From NCBI GenBank assembly GCA_964016885.1, contig OZ024743.1, positions 70,184,001 to 70,248,000 of the forward strand: 64,000 nt of DNA, read 5' to 3'. How positions within the stretch are numbered: position 1 is the stretch's first letter; each line of letters opens with the position of its first letter. Made by a program: the position numbers and the translations under genes. The DNA comes from Eledone cirrhosa (lineage: Eukaryota). The notes under the pieces were generated by a model. That model saw only the letters and a program-made list of their open reading frames with translations, was not told where the DNA came from and did not search any database. Below, one piece after another: positions 14,816 to 27,140 of the stretch.

Positions 14816-17800
14816 CTACAGGCTTATATAGAGAGATGACCCATTCACTCGGGTCATTCTCGCCACTTTCACCCACCTTCCATAAAATTTGCTGGGGTAC
14901 AGCACCTCTCTCTCCATCCTGATTCTTCTTCCAAAATGATATTTGAAAAAAAGAACCAGTTGTTGGCCGGAGAGAAAGGTGTCTGATCTCAGCCCTTTCA
15001 ATCTCGTCCACCTTATAGCCTCTTTCGCCATAGCCATAACACAGATGAAGACCGCCTCTCCTTCGTTTTTGAAGCGGGGTGACGGTTTGATCGTGACAAT
15101 GGACTCCGTGGTCAACCAGATTGGTCCCACCCGTGACAATAGTCGTTCTACATAACCCCACAGGTCGGTAATGCCCGGGCAGTGTGCGAATGCGTTCGCG
15201 ACGGTTTCCTTTTCGCGTATGCATCTCGGACAGATCTTTTTCGAAGGGTCTCTTCCCGGGCGCCCGTGTCTGTAGAGCTTGTCCCGAACGGGTAGAGCTC
15301 TTCCATAGCACTGCCAAGCTAGGGACATGTGGAAGTTGTCCATCGGTCGCGGGCCGATCGTCTTACCGAACAGACTGTCTAGTTCGTCCTCCTCCATGCC
15401 CACAGTTTCTCCGAAAGCGTTGTCGCACTTGCTGCGAACCAACCCTCTATAGAATGTCGCGGTGGAGTCTCCACTGATTGCTGGGTCCGCTTGCCAGAGG
15501 GCCGTAAGTGCCTGGGCACTTTCAATGTGCCAGCCGCCCACTTTTCTCGGTCTTTGCTTGACTCAGGAAAGCAGCTCGGTGAGCGAGACGAGTCGTGAAA
15601 AGGCTCGACTCACAAACAGGGCCCACACCAGTTGACCGGTGAGGAATATCTGGAGGTGCCGTAGCCTTAGTGCGTAGTTACGCATCGTCAGCCACGGCAT
15701 CCTCAGCCCTCCGTCAGAAGGGTGTTGACAGCAGATGGATCTTCTCACCAAAGGAGCCCGCTTCTTCCAGAGGTATTGGAAGAGCGCGCGCTCCATTTTG
15801 GTGAGCGTTTTCGCTGGACAAGGCACGACGGTCAATCGGTAGTAGATGACGGACGCTATATAAGCGTTCGCCACCTCTGCTCGACCTTTCAGGGATAGTT
15901 TGCACTCGGCCCACTTCTGGGCGAGTGCAAACACCTTGGCCGTTACCTCGTTCCAGTTTTTCTCCACCTGGAGGTCTGGTCCGAACCAGACCCCGAGCAG
16001 CTTCACCGGTCCCTCCGTCCAGCGTCCGACGACGCCATCGCAGGGCATCGGTTTGCCTCTCCACGTTCCGAGTTGCAAACCGACCGACTTGTCCCGGTTC
16101 AGCTTTGCTCCTGTAAACCTTTCGTATTCCTCCAGTAAGGTGCCGAACTCCCCGATTTGCGAGGCGCTCGATACCATTACTGTCATGTCATCGGCGTAGG
16201 CCGACCCCGCTTTCCGCAATCCCGGTTCCAAAGGGATGCCCTGCAACAGCTCCAACTTCCGCAGTAGTGGCTCGAGAACCAGTAGATACAGAAAGGAGGA
16301 GAGAGGGCATCCCTGTCGGATGGATGGCGTGATTTGGAACGGCTCCTAGAGATAGCCGTTCACCTCTACCCTTGAGCAGATGTTGCTGCTGTGCATAGTA
16401 GAATTCCAGCCTCTGAAAATGAGTCCGAAGCCTGCTGCTACGAGCACCGCATCCGGGTAACGATGGTCGACCCTATCGTACGCCTTAGATTGATCCAAGT
16501 TGATCAGGGCCCCACCAAATCCGGGTTCACTCCCTACCCTCTCTACGATGTATCGCATGTAGTGGAGGTTGTCGTGTATGGACCTGGACGGGATTGCGCA
16601 TGTCTGCGCTTCTCCCACCAGGTTCCCGACGACAATTGCCAACCTCTTCGTTAACACTTTGGCCAAAATCTTTAACTCTGCATTTAGCAGAGTTATGGGC
16701 CTGAAGTTACCTATGTTGTACCCCTTGTTTTCGTCCTTCCTCAGTAGCGAGACTACGCCCTTGGTCACAGAACTGGTAATTCTCCCGTTCTGTTGCCAGT
16801 TGCAGTAGACCGCCTCAGTGGGAACGGAGAACAAGTCCGGCATAGCTACGTAAATTTCGTATGGTAGACCATCAAGACCCGGAGATTTGTGTTTGCCGCA
16901 TTGGCTCTGCGCGTCCCCAATTTCAGCGGCCGAAATCGGCCCTTCGCAGGACTTCGGCTCCCCGCCCGACAGCCGCGGCAGACCGTCGAGCTATGGACCG
17001 AAATCCATAGTCTCTCCCGGCGCGCCGCCCCTTCCGAAGAGTCGTGCAAAGTGCCGCTGAAAGGCCGCGCACATCCGCTCCGGTTCAAGGATCACACGTC
17101 CATCCTGGTCCTTCAAAGACCGAATCGTGGATTTGTTTCCACTTTTTGCCTATGTCACTCGGGCCCAGCTAACAGCTTTGGTCCCCTCGTTTCCTAGAGC
17201 ACGTGTTTTACTCCTGACAACGCAGCCCTCGTGCTTCGCATCAAAGAACTGGCCTAAGGCCGTTCTTGACGCCAGCACGCTGGCCACGTTTCCACTCCTA
17301 AGCGCCTTTTCTACTCTATCTACTAGTTCTTTTTCCGTTTTAACTCTATCTAGCGCTAGTTCCTTGCTAAATCCTATTGATTCTAATCTAATTGCTCTCT
17401 TGAGAGAGCCCCACCACCTGTTGTTGACTATTGCCCCCGTCAACTGTTGCTTAACGAATGTGCTAATTCGACTACTGTATGCTTTGCTTGTTGGTAACGA
17501 CAAGTTCAGCTTCCAGTAGCCGGGTCCCTGTCTGTTCTATCAAGGTTGATTATGCAGGTCACTAATTTCTGATCTGAATAGTCAACCGTGAACATTTGTG
17601 GACAGCTTAACATGTCCCTATCCTTATTTCTAACTAGAAACCTATCTAGGTACGATCTAGATGTTCCGCTGAGGTTGGTCCACGTCCACAGTGGCACAGT
17701 GGGAAAATCTAGTCGGTATCTATCGGCCAGTACAAATCGGCCGATTAACTGTTTCAGGCTGTTACACCCCCCTCTATCGGGACATGCCCCTACATAGTCC

Positions 17801-18246
17801 CAACGTGCATCCAGGATTCCATTCCAGTCCTCCACTAAAAGCAAGGAGCCGGACGTTCCCAGAAAAGTCTCAAGACGTTTGAAGTCCGGCCGCGGTGTCC
17901 CGGATGGGGCATATGCGGCCACCAGCCTGAAGGCTCCACCTTCACTACTGTCGACGTCTAGGACCAGCAGTCGACCCTCCGGGTCCAGGTGTACCTTCTG
18001 TGTTACGAGGCCCAGGTGTTTCCGCAGCAAAACGGCAACACCACCCCCACCTCCCGGCTGACAGAGAGATGCGTAGATCTCAAAGTCGTCGAAGATGGGG
18101 GCCAGCTGGCGTTCGCTGTGGATCCTGAACTCGCAAATGGCTACTACATCAATACTGTGCGACCTGAGGTCATTTAAGAGTTTGCCCTGTTTCCAGGGCA
18201 TTCCCAGGCCGCGTACATTTACGCACGCAACTCTTATATCAGCCAT
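14816..18246 (-). pseudogene. Tx1-A ORF2 (APE-RT-zinc finger), broken by stops and frameshifts
   Basis: Collinear ORF pieces 17506-18246, 17150-17503, 16346-16843, 15563-16255, 14816-15541. Confidence 0.9.
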
Positions 18247-18289
18247 GTTGGTGGTGAAGAGTTAAAAGTAGAGAAAAGTAAACACCTAC

Positions 18290-20097
18290 CTGTTCGTCTC
18301 CTGGGGACGAGGTTGCACAATTTCCATGGGAGTGTTGGAGGGGTTGTTTGGTAGTGTGGTGGTTTCTGGCGGGGTGGGGACGTCAATGTGTGGTGGGGTG
18401 GGCGTGTCTCAGGTGGAGGGGGACATTTTAAGAGGACACGGTTCATAGGTTTAATACAGGAGTTCCCTATGTCCTCCTTAAAGTTTTCTTTTAGCGATTT
18501 GTAAGTTTCTGTAGGGACGCTGATCATCATTAAGTTTGGTCTATTTGAACATTTTTTTAATTGTTTCCCTTCGGTTTTTGGCGATGGCCTTCATTAGTGT
18601 TTTATTGTTTGAGTTTATGTATGTGTAGTGTTTCTGTTGTGTTGTGTTAGTTTTTGTCTGTGTTTCTTGTGTATGTTTTCGCTTTGTTGTAGGTGTTTGG
18701 AGTGTTGTCGTTTTGTTTTCGGGAGGGGGGAGGGGTTTGTTTGTGATGTCTGTGTTGTTTGTGTTAGTGGTTGTATGTTTATTGCATTTTTGTCTGTGTG
18801 GTGTCTCTTCTTTTTTCATTTTATCGGACGGAAAGGATCCCTCTCATCGTCACTGGGCGACGATGATGGGGTCTCGTCCATTGTGATGTTCGTGTTGTTG
18901 GGGAAGGCTATATTTTGGGGAGCTGTTATGTGTGTCGGTGTTTCTGGAGTTGTTTTGGATGGGGAGGGTTGGGTGGGACTGTGTTCTGTGTTGTTATTGT
19001 TGTTGTGGTGGTGGTGGTTGTGCTACTGTTCTAGGTGTGGGCAATAGTGCCCCTTTTTTCAGGGCACTCAACTGAGGAAAGGTGACCACTGCTTGAACAG
19101 TGGTAGCATGAAGGCCGCCTTCCCTCAACAGAAATATTTATGAAGGCAACTCTATCCAGGGACACTCGCTGCGGTATTTTAGCTATCCGTTCTGGTCTTA
19201 TTTGGACCAGAACTTCAACGCTATTACCACCGAATACGCCCCTGGTGGATTTGCCTACCGAAAGAATAGTGTCTTCTTCTTCTAGGAATCCAGTGAGCAC
19301 CCACCAAATGCTCGCATATGGCCGGATGCTCGAGATTCTTATTTTTTGTGTGCTTTTCCCCAAGTATGTGGGGGGAAAAGGTGTATTGATTGGACACAAT
19401 TGGCGACACAGAATATTTCTGTGCCGTCAATTGGTCTTTCATTAAAATCGACAGACTTCCGTATAGACTTCCTTTCTGAATGAAAGAAATATCTTCCATC
19501 GCATTTCTTAGGACCAGCTCAATTTCGGTTTGCGATAATTGAACCGGTTTCCTAGTAGTGTTCGAGATTGTCCTGAAGGTTATAGTCCTTAGTACTGTAT
19601 CCCTTCGAATTTCTTGGGGGAAGGTAATTGAAAATTCGCCACCTTCCCCGAGAGTTACATACTTTCTTGCTTCCTTTAGCAAGTTTTTTGCATTTGATAT
19701 GTCCAATAATGTGAAATTTTCCGTCTCTCGGACGGCCTGTGCAAAAGAGACTCCGGTTGTGGATCCGTTTACTTTGGTGTTGTTATCATTGTTGTTGTTG
19801 TTCCTGTTGTCTTCATTTTTTTTCTTTGTTGGTGTTGTCGTTATTGCTGTTGTTGGTTGTGGTGTTGTTGTCATTGTTCTTCTTGTTTATGTTTTTGTAA
19901 CTGTTTGGGTTTGCACCCATTTTCATAAATTCTTTAGGTAAATTCGTTTCCATAACATCTTTTGAGAGAGTGAGGAGGGAAGGCTTAGATCGTTGTGCTC
20001 CTACCTTCTTCCTATCTCTTTCCTTGGTGGGCGTGGCATTTTCGTTCGTATGCGACGTAGTAATGGCGTCCATTACTGTAGTCAAACGACTTTGCAA
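18290..20097 (-). pseudogene. Tx1-A ORF1 (gag-like zinc knuckle, T/N/P-rich flanks), frameshifted
   Basis: ORF pieces 19813-20097, 19224-19874 (VSFAQAV), 19031-19399 (VEGRRPSCYHC), 18541-18819. Confidence 0.8.
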
Positions 20098-20273
20098 AAT
20101 AACAAATTATAAATTTCGCCCCTAAAAGGGGCGAACATGTGTTAACCAACCGTCCGCAAACCAAGACGAGGGGTTAAACTAAACACATATAATTAATTAA
20201 CAAACTTACAGTTGTTCGTAACAAATATCCAACAAACGTCAGGAGCGAAGCAAAAACACGTCTTTCGTCTCCG

Positions 20274-20314
<41 letters not shown>

Positions 20315-20577
20315 GATGTCTATGCATCAGAGTAAAATTAAGGATATTTTAAGGCTTTTCCTCAGTGAACAATAATTCTTTGAACTCTAAGAACAAAATG
20401 TTTAATGGATGTCTACATATAAATCACCAACTTCATGCTATGTGGAAACACCCAATGAATTCAACTGAGCTTCTACCACCGGGATGTTTATTTCTATACT
20501 TTATTTATAACTTTTCTTTTTCCACACTTACATAATACGGTACACCTTCTATGCTACTCAACTCGAAAACTTTAATA

Positions 20578-20645
<68 letters not shown>

Positions 20646-21105
20646 CATACCACCATATAATATAATACAACTGCGATATTGAGTATACACAAACACATAA
20701 GCAGTAATATAGCCATTTTATATCTTCAGTTATTTCCCTTTGTTAATAATATATGGATATTCTTCTCATAGAAGCGTTCAACGCGTTATATTTTTTAACG
20801 GTATCGTCTAACTCGTCCAAGGTCACACATTTGATCCTTTTCCTCTGCACCACCATGCACAATCTGGGGAAATGATCATAATTAGACCTCCGAGCGTTAG
20901 GTCACGCTTTTTTTCTGGGTATGAATATATATGAATAATATATTATTTCAGCTCTCGTACCAGATTGGGCACAGTTTCCCTTTCTTTCCTTTTTCAATCC
21001 CACCGATCGCTTACTACATATACATGTATATGTAAATATTTATACGTATGTTTATAACACTCATATCCACACATACGCCCATACACTCATATATATATAT
21101 ATATT

Positions 21106-21192
<87 letters not shown>

Positions 21193-21259
21193 TAAACTCA
21201 CATACATACACAGGCACACACACTCATACATATATATGTGTGTGCGTATATATATACAT

Positions 21260-21335
<76 letters not shown>

Positions 21336-21769
21336 ATGCGTGTGTGTGTATATATATATATAGAGAGAGAGAGAGAGAAAGAGAGAGAGAGGGGGTAGAT
21401 ATATACAGAGGGGGAGAGGGAGGGGATAGAAACGAGGGAATCATTTATGATAGTTTAAATCCTCTATTTAATAAACGTAGTAGAATAAACTCCATGGAAT
21501 AGCTCGTTATGTGTTGATATCTCCGAGGACTTTGTTTTAAACATAATTGACATGATGGAGCTAAACTAACGTACGAATATTTTCCCATGTGTAATTTTCA
21601 ATACCAGAGTAAAGATTATTGTTTTATTCTCGGCAGTTCTTTTATATAGATAATTGTACTGAACGAATGAATACAGGAAACTGAAGGGAAAGACGCTGCA
21701 TGTTGAGAAATATTAACCATGATTTCTGAGTTCGAGACATGAGTGTTGAACGCAAATTAGCAGAACATA

Positions 21770-22355
21770 ATAATAATTGTTTTTACTTTTGGCACAAGGC
21801 CAGCAATTCACCAGTGCATTACTGGTACTTTATTTTATCGACCCTGTAAGGATGAAAGGCAAAGTCAACCTCGGCGGGATTTGAACTCAGATCATAAAGG
21901 GGCGTAACTCTATGCTACAAAGCATGGCGTACGACCCTCTACCGATACTGCCAATCCACCAGAACATAATAATAATTGTTTCTACTTTTGGCACAAGTCC
22001 ACCAATTACTCAGTGCATTACTGGTACTTTATTTTATCGGCCCCGTAAGGATGAAAGGCAAAGTTAACCTCGGCGGGATTTGAACTCAGAATGGCAAGGG
22101 CCGTAACTATATGCGTCAAAGCATCGAGTCCGACCCTCTACCGATAATTTCTACTATAGGCACAATGCCAGCAAGTTTTGGGATGGGAAAATCGATTAAA
22201 TCGACCCCTCTGCATTTCTGGTGCTTTATTTTATCGACTCCGTAAGGATGAAAGGCAAAGTTAACCTCGGCGGGATTTGAACTCAGGGCGTGATGGGACA
22301 TAATTCTATGCAACAAAGCATATTGTCCGACGCTCTACCGATATTGCCAATCCAA
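21770..22355 (-). mobile_element. Three tandem SINE copies
   Basis: Repeated ggcacaaggccagcaatt...ctggtactttattttatcgacccc...gatttgaactcag...accgatactgccaatcc, with (AAT)n at the copy ends. Confidence 0.92.
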
Positions 22356-22439
22356 TAATAATGAAACAGGGAAATGTTATAACCATCGGCCAGATGCAGT
22401 GACAAAAGGCGAGAATGTGACAATCCTATGAGATTTCCC

Positions 22440-22780
22440 TGTGAACACCGACAGAACGGTGAAGGCCAACAGACTAATAGAGTCGTCAATGACCATAAAA
22501 AGAAAACATGTTTCTTAATTGACATGATCACGCCATCAGATCGTAACAGTTCTTCGAAACAGTTCCGAAAACTCGTAAAGATTTGACAAGTGAAATTGAG
22601 AAAATATGACATCTTAAAGCCTGTACAATACCAGTGATAGTCGGGGAACTTGGAAAGATAAAAAAGGGAAGTGAAATATATTTGAACCAGATACCTGGAA
22701 AGCCGTCACTGCAAGGAATACAGAAAATAGAGCTGACTAGCACTGCCCATGCCCTGAGAAGGGCATTATCAATTTCAATA
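22440..22780 (+). mobile_element. 3' fragment of an R4/NeSL-like RLE non-LTR element
   Basis: KTCFLIDMITPSDRN and TIPVIVGELGKIKKGSEIYLNQIPGKPSLQGIQKIELTSTAHALRRALS match the typical RLE C-terminus. Confidence 0.8.
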
Positions 22781-22949
22781 ACTTGCAAAGATATTTATTC
22801 TTGTTTATGCCCATGCGACATCATTTGTAAAACAATTGATTGTAAAATAAGTGAATTATCAAATTTTGCGCCGAGTGTTAGGTTCACATTTGGTATGATA
22901 TGGGAAAGAAGCATAATTCAAAGGATGTATCAAATGATGAATTTTACTT

Positions 22950-23330
22950 TAAGGCTAGCAATTTAGGAGGAGGGAAAGTCGATTAAATTGACCTGAGTGT
23001 GTAACAGGTACTTTATTTCATTCACTCCGTAAAGACGAAAGGTGGGATTTGAACACAGAACTCTATGCCATGAGGCATGGTGTCCGAAGCTCTACCTATA
23101 TTGCTAATCTTCCGCCTTTTACAAGCTTCAAATAATAATAATTGTTTCTACTTTTGGCACAAAGCCAACAATTACCCAGTGCATTACAGGTATTTTATTT
23201 TATCGACCCCGTAAGGGTGAAAGGCAAAGTTAACCTTGGCGGGATTTGAACTCAGACGATAAAGGACTGTAACTATATGCTGCAAAACATGGTGTCCGAC
23301 TCTCTACCGATACTGCCAATCCACCGCCCT
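22950..23330 (-). mobile_element. Two SINE copies
   Basis: Same core, box and tail motifs as the other copies. Confidence 0.9.
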
Positions 23331-23574
23331 TCAAATAATAATAATAATAATAATAAAACAAACTGCTTGGTAGACAGCGTTACCTTCTCTACCCTGGTTT
23401 AGTGCAAACTTTAAAAAGTCAATCAGAGACTGAACCCGTTCAGACGTGTCCAATATGGTAATGATAGTAGGGGAAAAAGGCAAAAGCAACAACGGAAGTA
23501 ACAGCAGCAGTAGTAACAATAACAATAAGATATATACAACATGGGGAACATAAACAAAAACATTAAGAATAATG

Positions 23575-26095
23575 GTGCGGGTATAGGGCACTGCGTTGGT
23601 GTCCAGCGGAGAATATCTCACCTCAATTTTAAGGAGCGGGGGCCTTTGTAGTTATTTAAAACACCCTCTAGAGACGGTGTCTCGATAAAGAAATAGTGAT
23701 GATTGTGGCACTTCAACAACACTAACCTAATTTGAGTGAAATGGAAAATCAATTGAATAAAAATAACAGCGCGAATGATGCTAAAGGCAGCAATGTTGAA
23801 GATATTTCCCCTGGCAGGTGTCCCGTGGGTGAGCAACATGGGCGCGGTCGCTACCCAACTACTGCCAGAACAGGATGGTCGAAAACTAAATATAACTGTA
23901 ATGGAGTGATATTCTTTTGAGAAGGCCGGTCAATGATGAGGGAAAGCTTGTAAGAGGTTACAGAAGACGAATGCACAAAATATGGAAGGTGAGACAAGAA
24001 TTGAAAGTGACAGAACAAAGAATATCTGGTCAGATGCAGATAATTCGAAAAAACTTTGGCTAATAGAAGTTGAGTTGGAAGAAATAAAAGAAAAAGAGCT
24101 ATATCTGTAGGGGTCACAGCTGAGGACGAAGATCGTGAGATGTGTGAAATTGTGACGAATGAGATGAACGAGAGGGAGCTTGAAAGATAGCCGATGATCA
24201 GTATCCCAGAGAAGAATAAAAGGATTAAAAAGAAAAAGAGAGATGATTTATGAGATGATCAGCATCACGAAATAGGATTATCTGAACCAAATACAGGGAC
24301 TGAAGAACCTGAAGAAATTGATGGAAAATAAAACAAATGTGAAGAAAATTCATAGTGATATAAAAATAGGAATAGTAGGTATGCAAGAGAAAATAAATTT
24401 CCAACTAGAAAGATCCTGTATCTAATGGGGTCCAGGGCTTTTGGTTGAAGAGGATGATGTAAATAGGGATATAGAGAGTTTGATGGTCAGCTGGAAAGAG
24501 TTAATTTCCTGTGGGGAACAGTTAAACTCTGTTAACATTCAGGGAAACAGTTTATCACTCCTCTTATTTGTTATTTGCATGAAGCCCCTGGCCCAAGTCC
24601 TGAGAAAAGTGAAACTGGGATATGTGCTAGATGGTATTAAAATCAACCATCTATTATTTAGAGGCGATTTAAAGTTATTTGCGAAAAACGAGGATGAATA
24701 TGATAGCATAACATCTACTGTAAACCTGATTAGTCAGGATATTTGGATGGAGTTTGAGATGAAAAAAATGTGATTTTTTAACCCTGAAATGTGGAAAACT
24801 AACAAAGAATAGTCGAATAGAGCTTGCAAAGTGCCAGATTATTAAATAAGTGGGAACAGAATGATACAGGTATTTTGGAGTCTTTGAATTGGATAAGATC
24901 AAAGAGAAAGAAATGAAAGGGATATTAAAAGAAGATTACCTCAGTCTGCAAAGACTTGTAATATTGTCTAAATTGAATGTAATGAATAAGATCAAAACAA
25001 GGAATACGTGGGTTGTGTCTCGCATGTTCTATGAGGTAGAAGTTATTAAATGGCGGAGAGATGAATTGGAAAGAATTGATAGGAACACTAAGAAATTGTT
25101 AACAGCGTGTAAAGAACCTCTCCCAAAGAGTGATGTCGCAAGAATTTATGTTAGCAGAAAGAAAGGAGGTAGAGGACTAATACGTTGTGTAAATTGTGTC
25201 AAAAGCGAAGAAACAACTTAGCATGGTACCTTTAAAATGTAAGGGGTAGCATCATATCAAAAGTAAGAGACATCGACACACTGAAATCTTCTGATGGAGT
25301 AGCAACTAATGAATGTAAAGCGAGGGTGAAAAACACTTGAAAAGGAAAGGAAGGATAAACTTCTTCATGGACAGTACAGAAGGGATGAGGTAGTAAAGGT
25401 ACTGGTCATGGCTTACAAATGACGATCTGAAAGGATGCACCGAAATTGTGGTTGCAGCATCAAGGATCAGGCTCTTGGAAATAACTACATTAAACATCAT
25501 ATTGATAAAATCATAGCATTATCATTCTGTAGAATGTGTGGAACAAAAGGATACATGGTAAGCCATAGAACCATAGGGTAATGTGTTAAGTTGGCACGAC
25601 AAGAGTACGAAAGACGACATGATAATGTTACCAGATATCTAAGACATATAGGTTTGTCAGGGCAACTAAATGGTATCAGCAGAGATCAGAAAGAGTGTTA
25701 GAGAATGAGGAATTTAGGTTTTTTTCGGACTTCACAATTCAATATTATAGAATGATTGAAACAAGAAGGCCAGATATTGTAATTGTGAGAAAGAAGAAAA
25801 AGGAGACCAAAATTATCGATATATCTGAAGAGTACGAAAAGATGGAGAAGTTTGAGTCACTGAAGGAAGAGGTTGGAAAGTTGTGGCGGATTGCAAGGAT
25901 GATCAGAGCATTGGGATACATCTTGAGGACTGTGTAAATAGAGTCAGAATTGATGCAAGGTTACAGCGCTTGCAGTAGGCAACACTTCTTTAAGGAAGGA
26001 GAGAATGAAGTGGGGTTCCTTTAACAACTGCTCCCTAACTGAAATATCCTGATCGTTTAAAATCTAAGTGACTAAGATTTACAAAAATGAAACAT
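23575..26095 (+). mobile_element. R4/Dong-like non-LTR retrotransposon, internally deleted and decayed
   Basis: IQGNSLSLLLFVICM, INHLLFRGDLKLFAK, RIYVSRKKGGRGL, CRMCG, EYERRHDNV, RRPDIVIV; ends in taatactaataa. Confidence 0.85.
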
Positions 26096-26099
26096 AATA

Positions 26100-26846
26100 C
26101 TAATAATTGTTTCTATTTTTGGCACAAGGACAGCAATTATCCTAGTGCATTACTGGTACTTTCTTTTATCGACCCTGTAAGGATGAAAGGCAAAGTTAAA
26201 CAATACTAATAATAATAAATGTTTCTACTTTTTGGCAGAAGGCCAGCAATTTGAAGTGAAGGGGAAAGTCGACTAAATCGAACCTAGTGCGTTACTGGTG
26301 CTGTATTTTATCGATCCCGTAAGGATGACAAGCAAAGATAACCTCGGCGGGGTTTGAACTCAGTATATAAAAGGGCCTAGACAATGCCACAAAGCATTTC
26401 ACCCAATTCTTTAACGATTTTGCCAATCAACCGCCATAATAATGGTAATAATAATAATTGTTTCTACTTTTGGCACAAGGCCAGCAAATTACCCAGTACA
26501 TTACTGGTACTTTATTTTATCGACCCCGTAAGGATGAGAGGCAAAGTTAACCTCGGCGGGATTTGAACTAAGATCGTATAGGGACGTAAGTCTTTGCGTC
26601 AAAACATGGCATCCGACCTTCTACTGATACTGCTTTCTTATATAGGCACAAGGCCAGCAATTTTGGGAGCAGAGAACGTCGATTAAATCGAACCCAGTGC
26701 GTGACTGGTACATTATTTTATCGCCCCCGTAAGGATGAAAGGCAAAGTTAACCTCGGTAGGATTTGAACTCAAATCGTAAAGGGCCGTATATATTTACTT
26801 CAAAGCATGGCGTCCGATCTTCCACCGATACTGCCAATCCACCGCT
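26100..26846 (-). mobile_element. Four tandem SINE copies (first is partial)
   Basis: Same SINE motifs, mostly with (AAT)n spacers. Confidence 0.92.
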
Positions 26847-26852
26847 TTTAAT

Positions 26853-26898
<46 letters not shown>

Positions 26899-27140
26899 TT
26901 TTCTTTATTAACCACAAGGGTTTACATAAAGTAGACATTAAGGACAGTACAGGACAATACAGGACGGTACAAATGGGCATTTCTGCGTGTAAAAAAACAG
27001 AGGATGTAATAAAATAACAAAGAAAAATTCCCCAATAGGAGGGAGACTTCCGAGGGACATTTGTGGAGAAAGCCCATTAAAAGACCACAGTGACCCTGAC
27101 CACCATGGCAAGTGCCCTCTCCCAGTTTTGCACCCTTAAT

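Larger units (their letters stand above)
14593..20275 (-). mobile_element. Tx1-type (L1 group) LINE, family A, apparently full length (~5.7 kb), decayed, inside (GATA)n
   Basis: ORF1 with zinc knuckle CYHCSSSGHLSSVECP. ORF2 APE (RVACVNVRGL, DWNGILD, SYLDRF, SDQK), RT (FRPITLLNAELKILAK, LDQSKAYDRVDH, AYADDM) and C-terminal CPRC..ET..HCP. AATAAA at 14598-14603; (GATA)n on both sides. Confidence 0.93.
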
